Assembly: GCA_003224835.1 (NCBI GenBank)
Contig: QHZX01000350.1
Span: 1 to 38,866, forward strand
DNA from: Acidobacteriota bacterium
Lineage (GTDB): Bacteria > Acidobacteriota > Terriglobia > Terriglobales > Acidobacteriaceae
DNA length: 38,866 nt
Direction: 5' to 3'
Part shown: piece by piece, positions 18,982 to 27,701 of the stretch
How positions within the stretch are numbered: position 1 is the stretch's first letter
Layout of the letters: each line of letters opens with the position of its first letter
Notes under the pieces: generated by a model
What the model was told of the DNA's origin: nothing
Database searches by the model: none
Seen by the model: only the letters and a program-made list of their open reading frames with translations
Translations under genes and position numbers: made by a program

Positions 18982-19665
18982 CTAGATTGCGTTTGCTTTC
19001 GCACTGAGCTCGTAACCGACACCACGAACCGTATGAATCAGGCGCCGGCCAAATGCCTGGTCCACTTTGCGGCGTAAGTAGTTCACGTACACGTCGATGA
19101 CATTTGTGCCCGTGTCGAACGATAAGTTCCACACGTGCTCGATGATCATGGTGCGCGAGACTCGCCGCCCCGCGTTCAACATCAAATATTCGAGCAGGCC
19201 GAACTCTTTGGAGGTCAGTTCGATCCGCTTGCCCGCGCGCTCGACCTTTCGTTCCACGCGGTCGAGTTTAAGATCTGCCACTGTCAGTACCGAAGCCGCA
19301 GGCAGATGACTTCTTCGCAAGAGCGCACGGATCCTAGCCGAAAGCTCCGAATAGGAAAAAGGTTTGCCCATGTAATCGTCGGCGCCAAGATCAAGGCATT
19401 GCACCCGGTCTTCCACCCGGTTTCTGCTGGTCAAGACGAGAATCGGCATGCTAGGTTTGCGTGGCCGCAGGTGCCGCAGAATTGCCACACCGTCCATTCG
19501 CGGCAGATTCAAATCCAGCATGAATAGGTCATAGTCTAGTTCGGTTGCCATGGCCTTGGCCTGTTCGCCATCGTGGGTCACATCTACAGCGTAATGTTCG
19601 GCTTCGAGCCCTTTCCTCACAAAACTCGCTAAGGCAGGGTCGTCTTCAGCAATCAGTACACGCAT
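18982..19665 (-). CDS. OmpR/PhoB-family response regulator (CusR/CopR-like winged helix)
   Basis: Canonical receiver (LIAEDD, LFMLDLNLP, ILVLTS, GADDYMGKPF) plus a winged-helix output (LTSKEFGLLEYL, TNVIDVYVNYLRRKVD, IHTVRGVGY). ATG at 19665. No histidine kinase gene is adjacent. Confidence 0.9.
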   Translation of the reverse strand: MRVLIAEDDPALASFVRKGLEAEHYAVDVTHDGEQAKAMATELDYDLFMLDLNLPRMDGVAILRHLRPRKPSMPILVLTSRNRVEDRVQCLDLGADDYMGKPFSYSELSARIRALLRRSHLPAASVLTVADLKLDRVERKVERAGKRIELTSKEFGLLEYLMLNAGRRVSRTMIIEHVWNLSFDTGTNVIDVYVNYLRRKVDQAFGRRLIHTVRGVGYELSAKANAI

Positions 19666-19802
19666 AAACAATAGTTAGAGTCGATTCATTCTTAGAGACA
19701 GTTAGGTTGTGAAGCAAGGCACGAATGGCGCTGGAATCGAGCGGAACCTTGCATGGCACTCGCCATTTACCTCAGTAACACTGGAGGATAGGGAATTAGC
19801 TC

Positions 19803-21047
19803 ATGGAGCCTTGGAACAAACGATTTCTGCAATCTGTATTTCTTCCCGGGGGCGCGATCCTGCTCGGCGCCTATCTGCTCCTTGGACCGGGAAAGATCAA
19901 TCCCTCTGTATATGGAGTGAGGTTCTTCTATTTTGCGGTTTTCATTGCTGCCCTGGTATTAGCATGGCGTTTCCATACGACCCGCATTTTTCTTTCCGCT
20001 GTTGTGCTGCTGCTGGCCCATCACGCACTCGAGTTTTTTACCCAAGGCCACATTACTCCTTCAGGTCCGGGCCGCATTGCGTTTGAAACTATTGCTCTCC
20101 TGCTTCCCTTGAACTTCATCCTTCTTGCTTTTTTCCCGGAGCGTGGCTATCAGGGCCGGAGCTTGTTTTGGTTCCTGGCTCTGCTATTTTTTGAGTCAGT
20201 ACTGCTGGCCGCCGTGGCACGCCCAGATCAGCCCGCCCCCGAATTGCTACATGCTTCACCGCTGGCGTCGATGCATTGGCGGCTGCCACAGCCTGCGCTT
20301 CTGTTCTTTGTCATCGCTCTTATTTATTTGCTGGTGCGAATGGTTCGTTTTCAGAAGCCAACGATTATCGGGATGTTCTGGTCGTTAATTGCAATCTGGC
20401 TGGGGCTCAATGCCGGAGGAATAGGGAAGCTCGGCAGCGAATACTTCGGTGTAGCAGCACTCATTCTTGCCAGCTCCATCGTCGAGAATTCTTATTCCCT
20501 GGCTTACCGTGACGAACTCACCGGTTTAAGCTCGCGCCGCGCGTTTAACGACGCGTTACTGCGCCTGAAACCCCCATACGCCGTCGCCGCGGTCGATATC
20601 GACCACTTTAAAAACATCAATGACACCTATGGTCATGATGTAGGGGACCAAGTGCTGCGTATGGTTGCCTCCAAACTGGCGCGCGTCGGGGGTGGAGGTG
20701 ATCCCTTTCGTGTGGGGGGAGAGGAATTCCGGCTCAATATCGAAAGCTCCACGTTTCGCGTCCGCAGCGGTGACGAGCGTCGCAAAATCGAGCGCCCCAG
20801 TGACCGAAGGTTCCAACGGAAGAAGAGAGAGGCCCCTCGCCTGAGCGCTAATTCCTCCACCACGTTGTCCGTCACCGTTAGCATCGGAATCGGCGAATCT
20901 CAGTCGAAGCTGAGCTCGGATGAAATCATTAATCAGGCGGATAAGGCGCTCTATCGGGCGAAGCGAAGCGGAAGGAACCGCGTCGAGACCGGGATCCCGG
21001 AGAAAAAGATGTTGGGATTCGGGTCTAAAAAACCTAGACAGCCCTAG
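19803..21047 (+). CDS. Polytopic membrane sensor with C-terminal GGDEF domain (putative diguanylate cyclase)
   Basis: About 220 aa of hydrophobic helices, then RDELTGLSSRRAF, VDIDHFKNINDTYGHDVGD, GGEEF (20715-20729), VTVSIGIG and ADKALYRAKRSGRNRV. The segment after GGEEF is atypical (see findings). Confidence 0.8.
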   Translation: MEPWNKRFLQSVFLPGGAILLGAYLLLGPGKINPSVYGVRFFYFAVFIAALVLAWRFHTTRIFLSAVVLLLAHHALEFFTQGHITPSGPGRIAFETIALLLPLNFILLAFFPERGYQGRSLFWFLALLFFESVLLAAVARPDQPAPELLHASPLASMHWRLPQPALLFFVIALIYLLVRMVRFQKPTIIGMFWSLIAIWLGLNAGGIGKLGSEYFGVAALILASSIVENSYSLAYRDELTGLSSRRAFNDALLRLKPPYAVAAVDIDHFKNINDTYGHDVGDQVLRMVASKLARVGGGGDPFRVGGEEFRLNIESSTFRVRSGDERRKIERPSDRRFQRKKREAPRLSANSSTTLSVTVSIGIGESQSKLSSDEIINQADKALYRAKRSGRNRVETGIPEKKMLGFGSKKPRQP

Positions 21048-22078
21048 GTGGTCTTATTGCGACGGGTCCGTTGCACCGTCATTTCTACAATCTCTCCGAT
21101 GAGCTCAGTATAGGAGCGCCCCGACTTTTTCGCGGCCATCGCAAACTCATGCTTGCTGGAGAGCCACGGATTCGGGTTCGCTTCGATTACGTACACTTCG
21201 CCCTCGGGAGTGAGTCGCATGTCGATGCGCCCGTAGTCGCGCAGTTTCACCGCTCGATATGCCGCGATGGCGGTCTCCTGCAATTTCTGCGTGGTGGCTT
21301 CGTCCAGATCCTCCACCACCGTCGATTTTGTCAGCTTGTACGCCTTAGAGTCGGTTTCGAACTTAACATCACGGCTCGCGATCCTCGGAGTTCCCTCGGG
21401 TAATTTCGAGAGATCGAGTTCGACCAAGGGTAAGACCTCTGTCTTCTCATAACTCCCTAGAATCGCCGCGTAAATCTCCCGACCCTCAATGTATTCCTCA
21501 ATTAAGGCAGGAGAATCAAACTCATTCTGCACATATTCCACACGCTCCATCAGTTCTTTTACACCGGTGACCACTGCCTCAGCATCGATTCCAATCGATC
21601 CGTCTTCTGACTGCGGTTTTACTATGAGAGGAAACTTCACATCGTGAGCGTGATCAATGTTTCCGCGATAAGCCGTCGCGAAAAATGGCGTCCGAATGTC
21701 ATGAAAGGCAAACATTTTTTTCGCTGTGGCTTTGTCCTGGGCGAGAAAATGTGCGTGCGGCCCTGCGCCGGTGTAGGGAAGTCCCAGCAAATCCATGTAT
21801 GCCGCAACATTCATTTCTTTTGTGTCGTCGCCGGCATATGACTCCGTCAGATTGAAGACCAGGTCGGCGCCGCATTTGCTCAAACCATAGAGCGACTGCG
21901 GACGTCCATCCAGCACGTAATAAGAAGGCTCGTGCCCGAGTTTGCCGAGCGCATCAAAAATTTCTTCTCGGTCCTCTTTTACCTTGCGCTTGCGCCCGGC
22001 GCGTGTCGCCTCTGGTTCAGAGGTGTCTTCCTCTTCCCAAACGTCATACAGCACTGCGACTTTTAATGTATCGCCCAT
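21044..22078 (-). CDS. ATP-grasp enzyme of the D-alanine--D-alanine ligase-like family
   Basis: Motifs FPLIVKPQSEDGSIGI, LIEEYIEGREIY and GRIDMRLTPEGEVYVIEANPNP (Mg/ATP-binding E..N). Acidic and basic N-terminal stretch. Substrate unknown. Confidence 0.75.
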   Translation of the reverse strand: MGDTLKVAVLYDVWEEEDTSEPEATRAGRKRKVKEDREEIFDALGKLGHEPSYYVLDGRPQSLYGLSKCGADLVFNLTESYAGDDTKEMNVAAYMDLLGLPYTGAGPHAHFLAQDKATAKKMFAFHDIRTPFFATAYRGNIDHAHDVKFPLIVKPQSEDGSIGIDAEAVVTGVKELMERVEYVQNEFDSPALIEEYIEGREIYAAILGSYEKTEVLPLVELDLSKLPEGTPRIASRDVKFETDSKAYKLTKSTVVEDLDEATTQKLQETAIAAYRAVKLRDYGRIDMRLTPEGEVYVIEANPNPWLSSKHEFAMAAKKSGRSYTELIGEIVEMTVQRTRRNKTT

Positions 22079-22086
22079 CCCTGCTC

Positions 22087-23145
22087 CTAAGCCTGGAAAG
22101 CTCTCAATCGTGCCAGATGAGTCATGACCAACGTGGTCGCGAACACGGTAATCTCTGAAAGATATTCCGTCTCTTTTTTCTTGTCGATCATCAATCGCAG
22201 CTCTCCGCTTCGTTTCTCAATCGACTCCATCAACTTCTTCACTGCCGGCCGCTGCAGGGCGGTCCACCTGGCAATGTGGTCCACTATCGTCTTTCTGTGT
22301 TCGCGCAGAAAAATCTCCGCCGGCTGCGCGCTCTTGCTCTTTTTAGACGCATTAAGCATAGCGGTAAGATCGCCGTCCTGAGTCACATCCAGCAATGGAA
22401 TCTGGTCGGACGGATTGCGATAAAAATCGCCGATCGTCATTTCCATTTCCGCCGTAGTAATGTCCGGAGTGCCGCGCTTGCGAAGCGGATCCGCATTCCC
22501 CAACTCGCGCGCAATCCTCTCCATATACTTCAGCTTCCCCATCGCGCCCCAGTCGCGGTACTTCTTTCGCCACCCAGAACGCGGCGTCATCCACACGGCA
22601 AAGGTTTCGGCAAAATCCTCATCCGGATGTTTTTGGGCGTACCAACCCGGCAGATAGCGCACGTAGTCTTTCGAGAACAGCACCGGGCGATAGTTCTCGC
22701 GATATGGCCTTCGGTAAGGTCCGAATATCTGTTTCCACTCCGGCGTGCGATGCAATTTATACGCGTAGTTAAATGCATGTCCGGCTTCGTGGCGCAAATA
22801 CATCATGATTTCGCGATTGGTCTCCAGATCATTGTTCTCTCTTTCAATCTGCGCAAGGTCCGGGCGGGCCAGATAGAACGGAATTCCTATCACGGGTTCT
22901 CCGGAAGGGCATCCCCATTCGTCTGTCAAATAACATACGGGCCGGAACTTCAGAATTTTTTTTTGCTCCAGTTCACGATAGAGTTGTTGCACGAATCTCG
23001 CGACTGAGGATTCTTCAATGGTCAATCCCAAATCGCAAATCCGAGTGTTCAATAGCGATGGACTTTTCTCAGCCTCCGCCGGTGCGCTCAACTCCGTGGG
23101 CGGTTGTGCTGCCTCAGCACCCGCCGGTTGGCTCGATTCTGTCAC
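22087..23145 (-). CDS. Putative zinc-binding metallopeptidase (HExxH)
   Basis: HEAGHAFNYAY (HExxH) with a downstream HPDEDFAETFAVW candidate third ligand. The stop is 8 nt upstream of the ATP-grasp start, so probably one transcription unit. Confidence 0.65.
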   Translation of the reverse strand: MTESSQPAGAEAAQPPTELSAPAEAEKSPSLLNTRICDLGLTIEESSVARFVQQLYRELEQKKILKFRPVCYLTDEWGCPSGEPVIGIPFYLARPDLAQIERENNDLETNREIMMYLRHEAGHAFNYAYKLHRTPEWKQIFGPYRRPYRENYRPVLFSKDYVRYLPGWYAQKHPDEDFAETFAVWMTPRSGWRKKYRDWGAMGKLKYMERIARELGNADPLRKRGTPDITTAEMEMTIGDFYRNPSDQIPLLDVTQDGDLTAMLNASKKSKSAQPAEIFLREHRKTIVDHIARWTALQRPAVKKLMESIEKRSGELRLMIDKKKETEYLSEITVFATTLVMTHLARLRAFQA

Positions 23146-23310
23146 GTGTAATCAGTGTATTAAAACGATCGCGGACGCGACAGTGAGGAGAGAAGTGCAT
23201 CCTGCCGCTATGATCAGAGTATTCGAACCATTCACATAGGAAAAGATGACCATGGGCCGAGACCACGCGTCATCTCTTCATTGCGTATTAGTGCCGATTT
23301 TCCCGTCCAC

Positions 23311-24942
23311 CTAGTCGCGATCGAGAAGCAGCCGCAATTCACTGGACCGTGATGGATGCCGCAGCTTGCGCAACGCTTTAGCTTCGATCTGACGAATGCG
23401 TTCGCGCGTCACAGCGAAACACCGGCCTACTTCCTCCAGCGTGTGCTCTGAACCATCGTCCATGCCGAATCTCATCCTCAGTACCTTTTCTTCGCGTGGA
23501 CTGAGAGTACGCAACACCAGCTCAGCACGCTCTTTAAGATTGACCCCGATGACTGCGTCGGCGGGCGAAACAGCAGTGCGGTCTTCGATCAGGTCTCCAA
23601 GATGCGAATCGCCTTCCTCGCCAATCGGCGTTTCCAGAGAGACCGGGACGCGCATGATTTTGAGCGCCTTGCGAACCTTCCATTCCGGAATATCCATCTG
23701 CTTGGCAATTTCCGCCGACGAGGGCTCGCGTCCCAGGGATTGAACCAAGCGCCGCGACGTCCGAATCATTTTGTTCACTACTTCGGTCATATGTACCGGC
23801 AGCCGAATGGTGCGTCCTTGATCTGCAATCGCGCGGCTGATTGCCTGGCGAATCCACCACGTCGCATAAGTAGAAAATTTGTAGCCACGGCGATACTCGA
23901 ATTTATCGACCGCTTTCATCAGGCCAACATTGCCTTCTTGGATGAGGTCAAGAAAGTGAAGCCCGCGATTGGCATATTTCTTTGCGATCGAAACCACCAG
24001 TCGCAGATTGGCCTCAATCATCTCGTGCTTTGCCTTATCGGCATTCATCTGACCCTGAATTATGGCGCGCTGCACATTGCGTATCTCGGTGAAACTCATT
24101 CCGGCATCGCTTTCCAGCTTCTTTAATTCGGCTCGATGTTGACGTTGCGCTGCATAGTACGTTTTCCTGAGGTCCTCGCTTGTGGTCTTGGCGATTTTTT
24201 TATCAAGATAAGTCAGTTGCCGATCCAGACCGCGCATGGTTTCCGCAGTTTTAGTTACTCGCGAAATTAGGCGTTTGTGTTCGGATTGGTTAAGTCCCAA
24301 CGTCCGGATAATAAGTGAAATTCGGACCATTTCGCGGAACAGTTGCGACCGGCAACGTCGGTATTGCTTAGCCTTCTTTTTAGACGGGATCGTTGCCAGG
24401 CGTTCCGCCAATCGGCAGGCGACTTGATAATGCTTTCGCAGTTGATCGATGCGACGAATAAGTTCAGCGCTCCGCTTGCGCAATTTTTCCTCAGTGAGCT
24501 CCTCTTCATCGAAGGTAACCAACTCCTGAACTGCACGCCGGCCGGATTTCAGGTCCTCAGCAATATCCAAAATCTGGCGTACCGCAATCGGCGAGCGCGA
24601 CAGCGCTTTCAGCGCGCGGCGTTGTCCGTGCTCGATCCGCCTCGCTATTTCAACCTCGCCCTCTCGGGTTAGCAGCGGTGACACGCTCATCTCATGCAAG
24701 TAGAGCCGCACTGGATCGCTCGTTGTGTCAGGGGCACTGGAGGTCAGGTCGAGCTCGACTTCCTCGCCTTCGTCCGCCAACTTTTGATCCAAACTCAGCC
24801 AGGGGTGCGCTGCCTCGCCCGCGAACACATCTAGCCCCTGCGTACTTACCGCGCTGAACAAATCTTCCGAATCCGGCTGGGATTGCAAATCGTTGGTGGT
24901 CAATTCATCCATCTCTTCTTCGGCAACGTAGCTTTTTGGCAT
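23311..24942 (-). CDS. rpoD: Primary RNA polymerase sigma factor RpoD (sigma-70)
   Basis: [52 protein letters not shown] (regions 2.1-2.4/3.0). [30 protein letters not shown] (region 4.2). Acidic N-terminal region. Confidence 0.97.
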   Translation of the reverse strand: MPKSYVAEEEMDELTTNDLQSQPDSEDLFSAVSTQGLDVFAGEAAHPWLSLDQKLADEGEEVELDLTSSAPDTTSDPVRLYLHEMSVSPLLTREGEVEIARRIEHGQRRALKALSRSPIAVRQILDIAEDLKSGRRAVQELVTFDEEELTEEKLRKRSAELIRRIDQLRKHYQVACRLAERLATIPSKKKAKQYRRCRSQLFREMVRISLIIRTLGLNQSEHKRLISRVTKTAETMRGLDRQLTYLDKKIAKTTSEDLRKTYYAAQRQHRAELKKLESDAGMSFTEIRNVQRAIIQGQMNADKAKHEMIEANLRLVVSIAKKYANRGLHFLDLIQEGNVGLMKAVDKFEYRRGYKFSTYATWWIRQAISRAIADQGRTIRLPVHMTEVVNKMIRTSRRLVQSLGREPSSAEIAKQMDIPEWKVRKALKIMRVPVSLETPIGEEGDSHLGDLIEDRTAVSPADAVIGVNLKERAELVLRTLSPREEKVLRMRFGMDDGSEHTLEEVGRCFAVTRERIRQIEAKALRKLRHPSRSSELRLLLDRD

Positions 24943-25034
24943 ATAGGTCTCTTTAAAGCGGCAGAACTGTAATCGCGAATGAAACCGGACAGCTTCGATT
25001 ACTTAAGAGATTCTGAGCACCGGTCGTTTTATCA

Positions 25035-25283
25035 TCACGGTTGTTCGTCACCAGGAACGGAAACGGCGGCAAATCTCAAAGCATCGGCTACTTCGAGCGC
25101 AGCGGATTCCCCATAAATCTGACTTATGGTATGCCGCAAAGCGATGAGGTTGCTGCGCGCAGATTCCGTGCCATGGCTGGTGGGATTTTTCGCGAACTCC
25201 AGCTCGTAGGTCCTCAACAGCAACCCGCTCTGCTCCTCTAGACGTTCAATCGTCTCCGGGCCGAGCTGTGGTTCTGGGTGCAT
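25035..25283 (-). CDS. Hypothetical small protein (82 aa)
   Basis: The ATG lies 3 nt downstream of the GH20 stop. No motif recognised; helical-looking sequence. Confidence 0.35.
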   Translation of the reverse strand: MHPEPQLGPETIERLEEQSGLLLRTYELEFAKNPTSHGTESARSNLIALRHTISQIYGESAALEVADALRFAAVSVPGDEQP

Positions 25284-25286
25284 ACC

Positions 25287-27301
25287 CTAGTGTACGCGAT
25301 TATCAGGGTTTACGGTGCCCTCATGAGTAGGACCCGTGCCAGTTGTGTGCCTCGCCGTCGCTTCTATCGGTTGCTTCACCGGTTGAACCACGGCCAGCAA
25401 GAGATCGGCTTGAGGCGCCTTTGCCGTATCAGCTATCGCTAGTTGCTGCGCGCGCCAAGATTCGGGCGATTCCTCCGATTTGTCCAAGTAATCCAAGGCA
25501 GCCAAGCCGGCCGATCCCAGGTTGGAAAGCGCCTCGGATAGTGGCGCAATCTCGTGCAGGAGAAAGGATTGTTGGATAAGAGGCTTTAACTTCGAGTCGT
25601 TATCACGCCACGTTGAAAGTAATGCGCGAATTTGAGCTTCGGCGTCGTGGTCTTGATAATCGCTTTGGATGTACTTTTGTACCAGACTTTGAAAGTGCCT
25701 TCCGGTCTCACTCTCCGGATTGGCGACATCGATAAGCCGATTCAATGGCGCTCTGAAGTCCCAGGCCCCTTTTACGTTTTCAAAGCGGGCGTAATCCTTG
25801 ACTGGTTCAACCACATCTGCAAGGGAACGCAGCGCGGAGATGTCTTCGACTCCCGCCATTCGATGCAACATTGGATCCTCGTGCGATCGATGCGTCAGAC
25901 CCAGCCACTCAAGGCGCCAGCTCACCTCGTCAAGTCTCGTGTACATCGAATTGATGTCCTGCACTTCCTCAGGCGACCACAAACGTTCGGCAATGGCAGC
26001 TGTGCGTGGCCATATGCGCGAATCCATGTTCTCAGGACTGATCCACTCTCCCCACATGCAGGCCTCGCCTCCAACAATGCGATTCTTCTTCTCAGGAGAG
26101 AGAGAAGCCGCCGCGCCGGACATTGGATCGACGGCGTAGTGCCGTGAGGCCGGCCACATCAAATCGAGATAGTAGCCAAAGGAGAGCATGCCGCTGAAAC
26201 CTTGCTTCGCTGCCGCAGCCAACGATTCCTGACCACGCCATGACTGCACGACAATATTCTTCGGTAAATCCGGCCGGAGGATTTCATCCCATCCCACCAT
26301 CGTTTTGTGGTGCTTGCTGAGTATTTTTTCCAGATGGTGATTGAAGTAAGCCTGCAGGTCCTGATTGTTTTTCAAGCCGTGAGAATGCATGAAGGCCTGA
26401 ATCTTCGGGTTGTCGTCCCATGGCTTGCCGTTTACCTCGTCGCCGCCGATGTGAAAGTAGGCGTCCGGGAATAGCTTTCCCATCTCATCGACGAACTTGT
26501 CGAGGAACTTGTACGTCCTCTCCTGTGTCGGATCCATCACTGTGTAAACCCCGCCTGGTTCAATCTTCTAAGTGCCCGGAGTGCTCGCCAGTTCGGGATA
26601 ACCAACGAACCATGAACGGCTGTGCGGCGTGATATCTACTGACCATCAGATCCCATCTCGTGCAGCTTCGGAAATTGCTTGCTCTCGACGCGGAAGCCTT
26701 CATCGTCAGAAAGGTGAAGATGCAGAACATTCATCTTCACCGCCGCCATTCCATCGATGTTGCGCTCGAGCACATCCACGGGAATGTAATGACGGCCCAT
26801 ATCGATCAGCAACCCACGCCAGGCGAAGCGGGGTTGGTCTTTGATTGTGACTGCAGGAATCGAAAATCCGTCCGTGCTGGTTTCGACTAGCTGCAAGAAT
26901 GTTTGCAGGCCATGCAATATACCGAGCGGATTTGTGGCCGTGAGCTTCGCGCCGGATTCGCTTATGGTGAGTTCGTAAGATTCGTCTTCGCCGAGTTTTT
27001 CGACACTCTCACTTCCGTGTTGCGCTTGAATTACGAGAGTTGCAGCGACTCCCTTCGCTGCAGTGGAATAAAGTCGCATTCCGGTCCGGTGGGAGAGATC
27101 GGCGACAAATCGTTGAACGCCGCGTTCCAGCGTGCCATCGCGATACCCCGAAACCGCAACCGAAAATGATTGGTTAATCAGGAGATGACCCGTCCCAAGT
27201 TGCACTCTGGACGGCATTGGCATGAGATTGAGTTGCGGAGGTGCCTGACCTGCGGCAAATGTCGCAACCATAAGAAGGAGCACAGCGATCGGGGTTCGCA
27301 T
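25287..27301 (-). pseudogene. Disrupted GH20 beta-N-acetylhexosaminidase
   Basis: ORF 26636-27301 encodes the signal peptide, the GH20b domain and the start of the catalytic barrel (FAWRGLLIDMGRHY, MNVLHLHLSDDEGFRVE), ending ...GSDGQ*. ORF 25287-26540 continues it (HIGGDEV catalytic pair, WGEW). Between them the downstream frame reads WSVDITPHSRSWFVGYPELASTPGT*KIEPGGVYTVMDP, with an in-frame TAG at 26568-26570 and a frame change near 26636-26645. The roughly 25-aa YYT...VVPE segment normally found before D(M/I)PGH is missing. Confidence 0.75.
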
Positions 27302-27701
27302 GGATAAGTAAAGAACGCCTCAACTTCAAGTTTGTGGAATTACTATGTTGCTCTACGCTTCGAAAACCAGACCTCGCAGTCTATACCCACTCAACGTGTA
27401 CCGGAAGATTAGTTCGGGGTTCGATTAGCCCTTGGAATCTGGTCACTTGATTCCAACAGCTGAGCGGTCCAGGTGGCTCGCTTCTTCCCGCAGAAGTTCG
27501 CAACACACCAGCAGACTAGGCCAGGCGAAATTGCCCACTTCAGATTGGCTAGGTGACGTTCGTAATCTATCGGAAATTACGCCGCACCCTAATATTAAAG
27601 ATAACTACGCACACCCGCGGGTAGCCGTCTCAACTGTTCGATTACAGACATTGAGTGAGGCACCTCCGAAATGTGCTTGCTCCGATCGCGAAGGGGTACA
27701 A

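Noticed and set aside
19674-19705. Direct repeats TTAGAG (19674-19679, 19691-19696) and TTAGG (19701-19705) in the regulator / GGDEF divergent spacer, considered as OmpR-family binding boxes.
   Set aside because: The hexamers are short and the spacing is irregular (17 and 10 nt). They are indistinguishable from chance without comparative or binding data.
23240-23279. An 11-bp hairpin (one G-U pair) about 30 nt downstream of the rpoD stop, considered as the rpoD terminator.
   Set aside because: The loop is 18 nt. The U residues lie inside the 3' arm rather than forming a trailing U tract, so it is not a canonical intrinsic terminator. Left unannotated.
27432-27701. N-terminal 90-codon extension of the epimerase ORF.
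   Set aside because: WecB-family homology begins exactly at the ATG at 27702, which has an AAGGGG RBS. The extension (MESGHLIPTAERSRWLASSRRSSQHTSRLG...) looks non-coding.
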